This document shows positions 40,684-53,243 of a stretch of DNA of 64,000 bases, in pieces. The translations under genes and the position numbers were made by a program. Numbering within the stretch: position 1 is the stretch's first letter; the number at the start of each line of letters is the position of its first letter. The notes beneath the pieces are model-generated. The model made no database searches. It was not told the origin of the DNA and worked only from the letters and a program-made list of their open reading frames with translations. Source of the stretch: Haliotis rubra (lineage: Eukaryota); contig NW_025766003.1 in assembly GCF_003918875.1 (NCBI RefSeq), positions 1,612,001-1,676,000 on the forward strand, given 5' to 3'.

Positions 40684-41259
40684 GGCCGGCTAATGACACT
40701 TCACTGCTGTACCCGTACTCGATGTGAATGAATGCAGACAGAAAAACGTGTGTAGACCTTTTGGTTTCCTTTTGTGTTTACAATGTCAATAAACATCATG
40801 TGTTGGCCAATTTCTGGGTGTTACTGTATTTGAAGAATGCAAATATTTCATTTGAAACCTCCGGCTAAGGCCGCCCATTCCAAATGAATTCCCGTGCTTC
40901 AAATACTCAATAACACACAGAAATTGGCCAAAACATGATGTTAAAAATTCTCCAAATTAAAAATAAAGTTCCCCCACTTTTTTAAAGAGTATATTAAGAA
41001 GATAACAATGATATTTCATGTTAATACTTTCATGTATCAATGTATATTTAATGAATAACTACCTGTTTCTAACAGTTACTTTAGTTTTAAGACAAATGTA
41101 GAATCATATTTAGTTCAAATGTAACTTGAGTTGATATGATGTTTATGTGATACATTCCTGAAATACTGTATAAAGCAGCATTGAACCCTATTTATTCATT
41201 TATTCATTCAATTGCTCATTCACTCCATACAACCGTTCTCTCCATTTGACTTGTTCCAG

Positions 41260-41427
41260 GTTGTCCTTGCGAGCACCCCTGACCTACAGTGTGGCTTCTC
41301 GAGAGACTTGTTCACAGCATGGTGTACCAATGCCAAAAACAGTATCATCCTGACCAACAGGACCTCTCCTGGGACATTGGCAAGATGGCTAATAGACAAC
41401 CAGCAGAACAAGACTGTCACTATGGAG
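41260..41427 (+). CDS. CPSF2: CPSF2 (CPSF100) internal exon, end of beta-CASP region
   Basis: ttgttccAG acceptor, GAG|GTACGG donor, 168 nt, phase 0/0. [47 protein letters not shown] closely matches metazoan CPSF100 ([18 protein letters not shown]...[22 protein letters not shown]). Confidence 0.96.
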
Positions 41428-41454
41428 GTACGGTCATTGATGTCAGTTACCATT

Positions 41455-41850
41455 AGAGTACTATGGTGCCATGGACAGTTGCCATTCTTTACAATGGACT
41501 ATAGTGCCATTGGTTGATACCATTCTTTACAATGGACAATGGTGCCGATGATGGACTGATACCATTCTTTACAATGGACAATGGTGCCATGGACTGATAC
41601 CATTCTTTACAATGGACAATGGTGCCATGGACTGATACCATTCTTTATAATGGACAATGGTGCCAAGGACTGTTAACATTCTTTACAATGGACAATGGTG
41701 CCATTGGTTGATACCATTCTTTACAATGGACAATGGTGCCGATGATGGACTGATACCATTCTTTACAATGGACAATGGTGCCATGGACTGATACCATTCT
41801 TTATAATGGACAATGGTGCCAAGGACTGTTAACATTCTTTACAATGGACC
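41455..41850. repeat. ~38-bp minisatellite, about 10 copies
   Basis: Unit atggactgataccattctttacaatggacaatggtgcc. Confidence 0.93.
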
Positions 41851-42304
41851 AACGGACACTTACTGTTCAGTGTGTGAAATAGTTTCCAAATCTTGCTTGC
41901 CAGCCAGGTTAGCTATGCTTGAAAGTTACTAGCCCACGAAATAATTCACTAGCCCAAAATTTGAATGTAGAAACTAAGCAAAAGATTACAAAAAGTTAAA
42001 TTACCATAAAAAACAATGACCCCATGAAAATTCACTAGCCAGTCAGGCCAGTGACTGTGAGAGATTGACTGGATTTTTACTAGCCACGGGCCAGCATTAC
42101 ATTACAATGATGGGATGGTCTCCTATCCTAATATTACAATGATGTAATCAATACTTTCTGTTACATTGGGCTAAAGAATGATGATTCAAAAGAGCATTTA
42201 GAAGAAATCTTAGAAATTGTTAGAAACATTTACCAAGCTATTTATTAGCAGTACCTGTCATTCTTCAAGATGCATTCAATTGTATCAACATGACTGATAA
42301 GCTC

Positions 42305-42472
42305 GGGTTGGTGGGGTAGCCTAATGGTTAGAGTGTTCGCTCGTCACGCTTAAGGCCTGTGTTCAATTCCCCACATGGGTACAATGTGTGAAGCCCTTTT
42401 CTGGTGTCCCTCGCCATGATATTGCTGGAATATTGATAAAAGCGGCATAAAACCATAGTCACTCACTCACTC
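42305..42472 (+). mobile_element. SINE family A (ACTC tail)
   Basis: Imperfect TSD actgataagctc / actgttaagctc. Confidence 0.9.
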
Positions 42473-43004
42473 ACTGTTAAGCTCATTCTGCCATTAAAAG
42501 ATATGTCAGTAATGTCATATTGCAACTTTTGACAGAAGGGTCAGTCTGAGGTTGTATGTTTTTAAGTGAGGCTGACCTAAATTAAAGATCAAATCAAAGA
42601 TAATAAATTCTGAACATATCTGATGAGGCATGTTATGTCAGTTAAGTCCAAGTGACATGACTTTATATGATTTGGAGATTTGATATTTGTTATACCCAAT
42701 GTCTTCAAATTTGGTGACAGTTAAGAAGCTACATATGACTTATGACACCATAAACCACCATTCTGTGTTTTTTTCAAGTGGGACTGGATTAGACAAGTGC
42801 TTTTCAAAACCAAACATGTATTTGTATGGGAACAGAAGTGCATCTTTGGCAGGCAAAAACTTATAAAAATATACTGGGGACAAGCAAGGGAGTGAATGTT
42901 CAAATTTTTTCATCCAAACAATATCAGACTTGAATATGAAGAGGGCTTAGCTGATTTGAAATGCTGAATCTGAAATGGTACATAACATCTACAAGGAATG
43001 AAAG

Positions 43005-43429
43005 ATTGGTGGGGACATGTATTCAGCAGCTATGTATTCCGTCCGTGCATCAGACATCTCATGAACTGTTGTATTTTGGTGACCTTGATTGGGGATTACC
43101 TAATGTCTTCAAATTTGGTGGCAGACTACATTGGGGGATTACGCAGACATCAGTTGATTTTGGTGACCTTGACCTTATTTTGGTGACCTTGACCTTATGG
43201 TCAAGGTCAGCACAACATTTTGGCCAGTTTTCAACTTATGTAAATGAGATATCTCACCCAATGTCTTCAATTATGTCGACAGCCTACATTGGGTGATTGA
43301 TTATGCAGACACCAGTCATTTCAGACATCTTGTAGGTGACCAAAAAATATAAAGCAGTAAATATGTTATAAATATTTCATTCTTCTTTAGCGGTGGGGGA
43401 CATTGCCATATTAGTGGCAAACACTTGTT
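43005..43429 (+). mobile_element. Helentron/HINE-like element, another family
   Basis: ggtggggaca...ccgtccgt start, tttggtgaccttgacct repeats, 3' gcggtggggga plus hairpin ttgccatattagtggcaa. Confidence 0.6.
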
Positions 43430-45318
43430 TTATTTAAAAATAAGAGACATTTGGAAGGGCGATAACTTGGGACTGTTTAAATGCTTCCATGCATTGTGCA
43501 TAAAATACAAATGCTTTCCTTCATGAAGCATAGTTCTGTATTTTTATTAGCAAATGAAAATTCAGAAGGTATTGTTCACAAAGAGTCAATGAATATGATT
43601 TTTTTTATGGCCTTCATTACTTGCTCAGCGATCTCACTTGCCTCAGTGCAAGTGTACTGGGGCTAACTGTGTTTTTGTTGCTCTGTTAACATTAAATTTA
43701 CTCCCCAAATGAGAAAGTCTTTGAGGCTTGCAGTTAAATTAACTTCCAACATACAGACCAATTTTAAGACATTACTGCATGACAAGAAGCTTCATTTATG
43801 TGAAGTCAGTGAATGGTTGACTTCTTGAAAGTTAAGATTTGATTACGGATGTGATTAAGTGAGATTTCCTTTCAAGTATCTTTTGAACACAGATGTGTTT
43901 TGGGATAGGAGTATTTATTACAAGGTTATTCACATATTAACGTAATGTCTTTAGACATGCCGTACATTATTGTTAAAATGTAATCATTTATTGTTCATCC
44001 TGTGAAAGTTTCATTTAAATTCCAATTACTATGACCCTTAGGGGTTTTGTGTGAAGTCAGTCAGATGTTATGCAAAAGTAATGGTGTGGAATGTCGGTCG
44101 TTCCTGAAAAAAATATATTTTAACTCTTAGTTGAGATTTATGATTAAATGACACAACTGTTTCAAGATACATTGAGTTTTTGTCTCTCCTTTTTCAGTTT
44201 TGATCTCACTTTGGGATAATGTCAAATTTTCTAATGGAAATAAAATGTTACAAAGTGATTGCTGCATTCAATCTGAAATAAGATTTCTAGATGGAAATTG
44301 AAAAAAGAAAATATGGTATCATGCATGAAACATTTTCAAACAGATTTTGTCATTTGGTTTGTGTTTTTTAATGGCTTCAAACATTCAACCCCAGTGCTTG
44401 TAACATGGCAAATACCCAGTTTCATATCATTTACTGCACTGTGTATATCACACATGGTGTAATGCAGTTATTACCACCATTAATGGAGCAGTGTGGACTC
44501 AAATGTTGTTCTCATCGACCCTGGGAAGTGAGAAATAAGATGTTTTTTTTTAACATTGTACAACAAAGTCACTTGCCTATGGACATAGAGAGAAATGTTT
44601 TATAATCAGTAAAACAGTGTACAACGTAGCTGCCCTCCAGGTGTTTGAAGGCTTGATGAACAGGGTGTGTGGAACAAAGTCCCTTCCCTATGGAAATAGA
44701 GAGAACTGTTTTATAACCATTAGAACAGTGTATGGCATCGCTGAAGGAAAAGAAGCCCTTGTTATGCCTTCCAAACATAGTAACCTATGCACATCCGACT
44801 CACTGCCTGTGTTGATTACTTTAGCTGATTTTGTCACCTTAGCTCTTTGCACAGTGCACCATCAAAGATCAAAGAAAATGGTAACATGGCCATCTGGAAG
44901 CCCGATGTCATTGTGTCCAAGTCGTAATCGCCACTCTTGACCATGTGTTGGTTTGGTACTATGTCATCAGGTCCTTTTGACTACTTTTCAACAACTTGCA
45001 GGAAACTTTTTCGACATCATTCAAGCTTAAGGCTTCAGCCATTTTTTTTAAACCCAATCTTAGTAACATTCCTTTACAGTTTGGAAGCACTGCTCATCAA
45101 CTGACAACAAGCTGAAAAAGAAAATGCTAAAAAATAAACTTTGTCTAGTGGATGCTAAGGTTTGGGGCACAGACTGTCATTCAACCAAGATTACTTTTCA
45201 ACAGAGGTTATTTAAGACAGGGGATTCAGACAAATATGTAACAGCCTGATATTTTATGCTAAAGCCTATACTACACATTTATTTTCAAGCTTTAGGTTTG
45301 AAGTGTGAGGGAGAGAGA

Positions 45319-45470
45319 GAGTGAGTGAGTATCTTTTTACGCCACTCAAAGCAATATTCACATCAGAGGACACCAGAAATAGGCTTCAAGCATGGTACCG
45401 ATGTGGGGCATCAAACCAAGGTCTTCACCGTAACAAGCGAACGCTTTAACCACTAGGCTACCCCTACCCC
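45319..45470 (-). mobile_element. SINE family A, older copy
   Basis: gagtgagtgagt tail, gacaccagaaat, gcgaacgctttaaccactaggctacccc. Confidence 0.85.
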
Positions 45471-45521
45471 TAGTTCAATTGTATCTATATATTACTGTTT
45501 CTTTGAGCTTCAGGGCTCATG

Positions 45522-45692
45522 TGGGCCGGTGGGGTAGCCTAGTGGTTAAAGCGTTGGCTCGTCACGCCGAAGACCCGGGTTCGATTCCCCACATGGGCAC
45601 AATGTGTTAAGCCCATTTCTGGTGTCCCCCGCCGTGATATTGCTGGAATATTGCTAAAAGCGGCGTAAAACTAAACTCAGTCAGTCAGTCAG
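45522..45692 (+). mobile_element. SINE family A (AGTC tail), ~30 nt upstream of a CPSF2 acceptor
   Basis: Perfect 12-bp TSD tcagggctcatg. Head cgtcacgccgaagacccgggttcgattcccc matches the tRNA-Asp(GTC) anticodon and T arms. Confidence 0.96.
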
Positions 45693-45724
45693 TCAGGGCT
45701 CATGCACTATTTTTCATGTTGTAG

Positions 45725-45831
45725 GTGAGACGACGGATCCAAATGGATGGACCTGAACTAGAAGATTACGTGAAGAAGAAACAGGAGAAGAAAGCTCAAG
45801 AAAGACTCATGAAGACAGAGCTGTCTAAGCT
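45725..45831 (+). CDS. CPSF2: CPSF2 internal exon (VRRRIQMDGPELEDYVKKKQEKKAQERLMKTELSK)
   Basis: ttttcatgttgtAG acceptor; corresponds to CPSF100 RKRVKLEGKELEEY. Donor CT|GTTAGT gives 107 nt, phase 2, which restores frame with the next exon; the donor position is inferred from frame. Confidence 0.88.
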
Positions 45832-46393
45832 GTTAGTCAATATCAGACATTGTCCTTCACTCTCCATGCTATTCTCCTCACTAATATTGAAATCCTGTTC
45901 AAAGTGACGTTGAATCCATCTCAACTCACTGTAATGCAAACATATTGATCATGTAATAGCCATAAACTGGATCTGAATGTCCTAATATGGGTTTGTTGTA
46001 AAAAGTGAAATGTTCGGTTATTCACATGAATCTGAAGTCCTAAGAAGGACATTATTCAACTGTACTCCTTGCTGTGTATAAAACACAAGGAGTAAAATGT
46101 GCACATGGATTCTTGGACAAGACAAAAAACACCACCGTATCAAGTATTGCATAGACATTTTACAGTACAAAGTTATTGGAGTAGAGATTATGCTTGACGT
46201 AATGGCAGTGCGATCATTTTCAGGATTAGACCATGTGCTGTATAGCAGCATATTGCATTGATTTTTATCACTGAAATTATAATAATTTGGGTGCGAAATG
46301 ATGGTTACTTTTTGATAGTTAGGTCATACAATTTCTTCATTTCACAGAGACATTCAGATTGGTGTGGTGTATTTGTGGATTGTCTGTTTGCAG

Positions 46394-46499
46394 AGATCTG
46401 GCTGATGAATCAAGTGATGAGAGTGAGGTAGAGATGGAGGTAGAGGCCTATGGCAACAAACCTGGAAAGGGCAAGCATGACCTCATGATTCAAGGGGAG
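46394..46499 (+). CDS. CPSF2: CPSF2 internal exon (DLADESSDESEVEMEVEAYGNKPGKGKHDLMIQGE)
   Basis: ctgtttgcAG acceptor, GAG|GTAAGT donor, 106 nt, phase 2/0. Contains the SSDES and KHDLM motifs of CPSF100. Confidence 0.92.
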
Positions 46500-47174
46500 G
46501 TAAGTCTGTGTTCCTGCGTTGTTTGTACAAAGGCACACCATCAGCAAAGTCAAGATCCCTATTTCATATACTACGATCTACAGTGGGACTGCAGGTTAGA
46601 ACCAGAACCCAGGTTTCTATGCAGGTGCCATTGAAATTCCTTCATCTGTTTTCCTTAGAGTACAAATCCTTTGAAAAGTCTCTGTACTTGATCGGTGATA
46701 ATCTGCATTAACCCAATTTTAGTTCTTGTAAAAAATACACCATAAGATGAAAACTGAATCAGTGAACATAGCTTGAAAGGATTTAATCAAAATATTTCAA
46801 TGCAATTGACACAAAAACATTTTGGGGTCAGATGTCTTTTTAGCTTCTAACATGATGTAGCCTGAGATTGTAAAATAGAACTCACTGTTAGAAATGAAGA
46901 ATGAGACATTGTAGTTTCAGCTGTGTCTGAAAGAGAAGTGGACATTGTGTATTTCTGTGTAAAATGGCCTCAGTGTCTCTACAAGTACAGGGACGGATTC
47001 AGGACTTTGGAGAAATCCGCCCCCACCCCCACTCCTCCCTCTGGATCCGACCCTGAAGTACATATGTGGATGAGCAGACATCACCCCTCTTATTCCAAAA
47101 AGCTGTTATCCTGCTTCTTGTGGACAATACGTCTGTACAGTATTGTTGTCGTCTATTGCCTATATGTCTGGCAG

Positions 47175-47379
47175 TAGACTAAGGCTTAGTCTCTGAATAT
47201 ATATATTTTTGATAGTAAGAAACAAGCCCATTTATATTGAAAAGGAGCCCTAGGGAGACCAGAGATTCATTTTCCTGAATCTGAGGAAATCTAGACTTGC
47301 TTTATTTAGGGCTTTAGCACTGCAGAGAGGGCTTTGCAGTAGGGAAAATAGTGTGGTTCAGGGACTGTGAGACAGACTA
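47175..47379 (-). mobile_element. Family D non-autonomous DNA transposon, short form
   Basis: Perfect 9-bp TSD gtctggcag; reverse complement of 8428-8631. Confidence 0.92.
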
Positions 47380-50300
47380 GTCTGGCAGGTTAATTATGTA
47401 AGGCACCACCAGATTCCTAATTGCCAGCCCCGGCTCCCCTAGTCTGTTTCCACAGACCAGCTGGCCATCTCTAGGGACCTCTCATCCCTAAGAAAAAACC
47501 CAGCACATGTCTGCCAAAGTCTCAAATTAGCAGAATCCCTGGATTCTCGGGCATGGCTTAATGTAGACAGATCGGGCCTTGCATGATTATTGCCAGTGTT
47601 TGTGATACTGTGATATATTGTCATCCCTTTGATACTGGCAGCCCTAAAGAAAGTGTGAATTGATAATAATTGTAGAAAATGACATGTGAGATGCAGAACT
47701 GATTGTCGCCTGAGGGATCTATCAGATTTTCATTAACTCTAAGAAGGCTGGATCTGACAGTGCTAGAGTGCTTGCAAAATGTCAGCAGTAATTATGAGAG
47801 ATAGAGTGTTAAAGGGTCAAAAGTTTACAGGGTTTCCGTGGTAGTCTTTTTCAGGTTATTTTGTTAGCACTGATGACATATCAAAGTAATCCCGTTTTAG
47901 ATCTGTTGACATGCTCATTGTCTGGATCTGTCGTGACACGCTGAAAGGATAAACTGTCAGCATAAACTGGGGAGTGTGCGAACATCTTCGTTAATGTGGT
48001 GTATGTGCTCTTGTAAACATGCTAGGAGCATGTCGCCTTGCTCAGATTGAATCTCAGATCAATGGAAAGAAATTGAATTTGTTAGACTGCAATCAGAAGT
48101 GTTTATATGCTTTCTCCTCTGACGCTAAGGAAGTTTTTGTAAAAGGAATCACAGCCTTTTTGCAGGAAATGGAGAATATTGATAATTTAATGTTATCTGG
48201 TGAATTAAATGGGGATAAAAGAAAATAAATGTTTGTAAATACAGTGCCGTGGCTATTATTTATAAACTGGATTTTTTTGTAAGTTCAGGTACATAGAAAC
48301 TGCATGTAAATTTGAGGTGTGTGGCACTCTGTACACAGAAACCAGTCTTTGTGGTAAACACTTTCCAAGATATCTGGCTGTTTGTGTGTATATTTGTTTT
48401 CTATAGGATTGTTATTTCAGTGAGTGAGTGAATGAGTGAGGGGGGCTTAAAATGTAAAGTCACGCTGAAATTTTCAGCCATATACATCAAGAAAAATCTT
48501 GGAACGAAAAGGCATGTTATCAATGCATCAAAGTTCTATTTAAAATCTGTCTGACTTACATTACTTAGTTAAACCAAATTTTTATTGAAACATCTGTTTG
48601 TTTTGATTTCTTTAAGCCACACTCATCAATAGTGCAGCTGCACATCACAAAGCAACATATTAAGGATTGTTAGATTTTCATAAATTCCTTACAAATATGA
48701 TGCAGGACTCACTCACTCACTCACTCATTGTGAGACTTTTCTGAAAAGAAACAAATATTGTCTGATTCTGACCTTACCATGGCATGTTTCTATGAATCGC
48801 TAGCAGATAGTGACGATACCAGTTGTTTGTAAAAGGGTATGCATATCCTACAACTTAGTGGCACCCATCACTGAAACAAGCAAAGACTATATAATAAATA
48901 AACAAGTTGTTATCCATAAAGTATCTTACTTCCTTAAGCAAAGACTAGTCAGTTATTCACCTAGAAAAATATGGGAACTTGTATAAATTCAAAATAATCA
49001 ATTTCTTTTTGTCACAGATTAGTCAGAACACAAATATCCTACAAATGTTTTAACATAGAACGTTTTTGAAGACTCATTAAGGCCATGAGCATTCTTACCC
49101 TAATCTATCAACTTTTGAGCACGAGTTGTATGTTGCCTTTTGAAATATAAGTATTTTTACACCATGATCAGCGTTATGATCAGCAGGTACCTGCTGGAGC
49201 TTGAGATTCAGAGATATTCAACTTTCCAACATAAATCTTTACCTTTTTGTCAAGCAATATTCCATCATCAGCCTTCTACATTTCACAACTTTTAAGGTAC
49301 AATAAAGTATGTTCTTTCAACAAAATTAATATTTATTCCTACACATAAAACATGAACCAGTGGCCATCCATTACTGAAGACAACTGGAGCAAACCTCAGG
49401 CAAATCACCATAAGCTTCCTCTCTGAACAACCAGCAATAAACCATCTACATCAGTGGCTATCACTAAGCATTTAAACAACTTACATGCTTCAGTAGTTCA
49501 TTGACCATCAGGTGATCAGACAATGAGATCAGATGCATGTATTTATCAATCAGGCGAGGACCAGCATGGACAAGCCGGCTGTATTATACGGAGTGACCAT
49601 GCAGAAACGCTGAGTGACAATAAATGGCACATTAGGAGCCTGGTTTATTCCATTACCAAAGGTTTAAGCAATGTGCGTGCTTAAAGTGTCAATCACATGT
49701 CATCCTTGTTTGTCTTCCCAATCGGCTTGTCAATTACCTACGATCTTGTTTACTTCCTCTGTGCAAGTCAGGATAACAAGAAGTAGGATCTGAAGGCAAG
49801 GTGTATACAGGGACAATGTGGGCCAACAAGGTGAATTTGTACTGAAGTTGATCATAACTCCTATACCTACCGGTATATATATGTATAGAGAGAGAGAGAG
49901 ATGTGGTTTTGAGGTGGCTTTGTTAACTGTTCTTCATGTAATTGTCCAGATTAATTAATTTCAGTATTAACAGATCTTGGATACAGAGTAATGCCATCAG
50001 TACCTCAAAGAATCTGTCCTGAAAGTATGGTATCCATAGTAACAAGCTTCCTTGTATCGCTATTTCTATATTAAATATGAAATAACAGATGTATAATAGT
50101 GTCAATGATTTTCGTATGCAGTTAAACATCTTGGTTTTGTAGTTTTCGAAGAGACCATCAATTATAGTCAGTGATGCTCAGTTTAAGAAAAGCAGTGTCA
50201 ATATTTATCAACATTGTTGATGAGAATCCGACGTATACCATCCTGTCACATCAAGTAAAAGCTGTTGAATATAGGTATCTATTTTGAATACATTTGAGTG

Positions 50301-50552
50301 AGTTTGGTTAGATGCTGCTTGGTATAGTGTTATATCAGTTCTTTCTTGGTGTGTAACTACATTTTGTTTAACAAGACAGATCTGGGATTCAAACCCATGA
50401 TCATTTGATCCTGAAACAACAAGGGGATGCAACTCTGCTCTGCAACTCGGTACCAAGATCCAGTCCCCATGGGTTTCAATACCAGAATTCCCATATTGCC
50501 CATGATTATGATCCTAGATTTGTCCAGAACAACTGTCATGTCCAACAGATCC

Positions 50553-50711
50553 GGGGCAGTGGGGTAGCCAAATGGTTAAAGCGTTCGCTCATCACACCAA
50601 AAACCTGGGTTTGATTCCCCACATGGGTACAATGTTTGAAGCCCATTTCTGGTGTCCCCCGCCGTGATATTGCTGGAATAGTGCTAAAAGCGTTGTAAAA
50701 CTAAACTCACT
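50553..50711 (+). mobile_element. SINE family A
   Basis: Full-length match to the family consensus. Confidence 0.9.
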
Positions 50712-51684
50712 TGCTCTCTCCAACATTTTTTTTCATGACTTAAAATGAAACTTTGCTAAAAAATATTGATGCCTTTGAACATTGTGCCAACATTGGACCA
50801 CACCAGTGTATTACAGACTGTTGCTAAACTGTATTTGCAGTTACCTAGTATATGGACAGTAAGAGAAGTGTTGGTTAGTTTTGGCTCTCCTTTGTGCCAA
50901 CCTTGAATCAAACTATCCTGTTCCAATGTGACCCAAGTCTGTATCACTGCACAAAATGCTTTATCTGAGATTCATAGACTTTATTTAATCTTAGGTAGAT
51001 AGGAATTGTTTCAAATCAAACAGAAAGTAAATCATTTCATGTTTATGACAAGTCACTTATTGCTTTTACTAAAATAGAATGTGATACTTGGATGATGTAT
51101 TATTTGGATGTCATTGACTTGAAAGACCAACTATATGAACATTCTTGTTTCTCTATACCAACTGACCCACATTTTTGGCCCAAGCAGGAGTTTGTAGTTT
51201 TAGCCCACCTAATTTTGTTCAGCTTCTTTTGAGGGTTTTTCAAATGGAACCATGAAGGGATATTTTGGTAGAGTTTTTAGAATACTTGTGGAGATCAACA
51301 AAGTCTGTATTCATTTAGGTATGCAGGTTGAGGATTGGCCAACCTTGATAACCATATTGTTTTTACAACAAAAATTATTAACTATATCTTAGTTATCATT
51401 GAATATATCATATATATATCAGTTATCATTGAATATTGGACAGTGACTTTTCCTCATTTATCAGTGTTCAAACTTAAGCATAAAAGGCAAGGTATCCATG
51501 TCATAACCTGAATGTCGAAAGTTTCACAGTGAGTAGCCGACTTGACTCAAATACTAATCGTGCAGACCACAAATACTTCTGGTAACCCACACCCCAAGGC
51601 AACCATTTATTCAAAGAAGGGATATAATACAAATAGACCATTGGTGCAATTATTTTACAATGATTGTTGTAAGTTGTAAGTCAG

Positions 51685-51811
51685 GGCCCCGTTTCACAAA
51701 GCTCTCGTAAGCCTAAGATCTCGTAACTTTTCTCATAGCAATCGTACATCCTTTACTGTAGCATAGACTTACGACAGTCATAGCGCTACGATAGCTTTGT
51801 GAAACGGGGCC
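51685..51811. mobile_element. PIF/Harbinger-like MITE
   Basis: Perfect TIR ggccccgtttcacaaagct / agctttgtgaaacggggcc, flanked by cag / ctg. Confidence 0.8.
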
Positions 51812-53139
51812 CTGTTCTCAAGGTTGGGTTATGATAGAGACCGGCTAAGATGGCTTTCTGGAGAGGGCTCTGAACTCTTCACAAGGTTCAGTATAAATTA
51901 AGCATCATGTTTTTCAGAGATATATGAGAAAGGATTAACTGTCACTGCCTGTAATTAATAATCAAGTGGAAAGCTGGGGCTGGTTGTTTAGTGACGCAGG
52001 CCAGCTGGCTGGATATCACAAATGATCACCATAATAGCAGGACATGTTTTAATGATTGTTTACTTGACTGGGTGTGCGAAGCAGCACATCTCATGCAAGC
52101 CCAACACACTGACGAACAGTGCTAATTAAACTTGCTACCCCCAGGCCTATCTCGGCAGCAGGATTCCAGAAAGTGGGCAATTTGATAGGCACTTACTGTA
52201 TGAGAGCCATCAATGATTCACAAGTCTACAACCAGAATTTCCTTTCTCATAACCGAACTACTTTGGTTTCCCAAACAGCTGATCATAGAATCATAAATGT
52301 TTGATGCTGTAGTGTGAAACCTAGGTTGGCATGTGAGTGACCTTTCTTCTGGGGTACTTAGTGCCTTGGTTTCAAGGCCATGTGTACATGTCAGCTTGCC
52401 ATGCTTGTCAACAAGGTCTTTAAGGCATTAAGTACACTATATATGGAAGGGCAGTTTCTTGCCTGGCTGTCGTCATACATGTTGGAGTAAAGTGTTGTAT
52501 GACGCTGGGGAACAAATTATCCTTTTCAGGGATTTGGTCAGGTTGTGGTCAAAATTGACCTGTGTGTTTCTGTTGTGTAGTGGTTATAAGAAGCCGTGGA
52601 ATTGTTTTGCCTCTTAAGTGCATGGGATTGTTTCCATGTTTCTGTTTACTTGGCGTTTCAGTTTGTGTTTGTTTGGTACATTTATGTAAATTTACGTCCT
52701 ATACTTTTATTATGAATAAAACTGCTTCAGTTGTTCTTGCTTACTAAAAATGTTGTGAGCAATATTGTATCCCTGGGAAAGATCAACGCTTTTCACATAG
52801 AACACCTAAAAATGTAATATTTTCAGATCTAAAAGACTTTGCTTTTATTTCTTGGTGATTCTATGCTCAACGTGAACTTTACCTGATATGTTTCCGGGAT
52901 CCACTACTGTCTTCTCTCTTTTCATGATATCCCAGCCATATTGCTCACAATATTAATCACTGCATTGTTTGGTCCAGACTAGATTATTTTAAGGCCACTG
53001 TCATATGTATTGCAAGCCCATGAAAACATTGTTTAACTGTCCAGTGTGGTTATGCAGTATTCATATTCTTAAAATGTCTGTTAATCTTCAATGAAAGAGG
53101 TTCTCTCATTCAATCAATTCTATATTTTGTGAATTTCAG

Positions 53140-53243
53140 GGAAAGCAAAGGAGTGGTTTCTTCAAGCAAGCCAAAAAGTCCTACCCCATGTACCCATTCC
53201 ATGAAGAAAAGATTAAATGGGATGAGTATGGAGAAATCATCAG
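53140..53243 (+). CDS. CPSF2: CPSF2 internal exon (GKQRSGFFKQAKKSYPMYPFHEEKIKWDEYGEII)
   Basis: gaatttcAG acceptor, AG|GTAAGT donor, 104 nt, phase 0/2. Near-identical to the conserved FFKQAKKSYPM...IKWDEYGEII segment. Confidence 0.96.

Larger units (their letters stand above)
39425..40945. mobile_element. Probable Crypton-like non-autonomous element ending in a 151-bp palindrome (40792-40942); host of SINE B
   Basis: aacatcatgtgttggccaatttctg...cagaaattggccaaaacatgatgtt arms are directly visible; ctgattggtt motif at the left. Left boundary and class are tentative. Confidence 0.45.

Noticed and set aside
41455-41850. CRISPR-like periodicity (also 377-732)
   Set aside because: Head-to-tail repeats with no unique spacers, eukaryotic intron context, no cas genes.
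45522-45600. tRNA-Asp(GTC)-like gene, and other tRNA-like heads
   Set aside because: No acceptor-stem closure; runs into a SINE body, tail and TSD.
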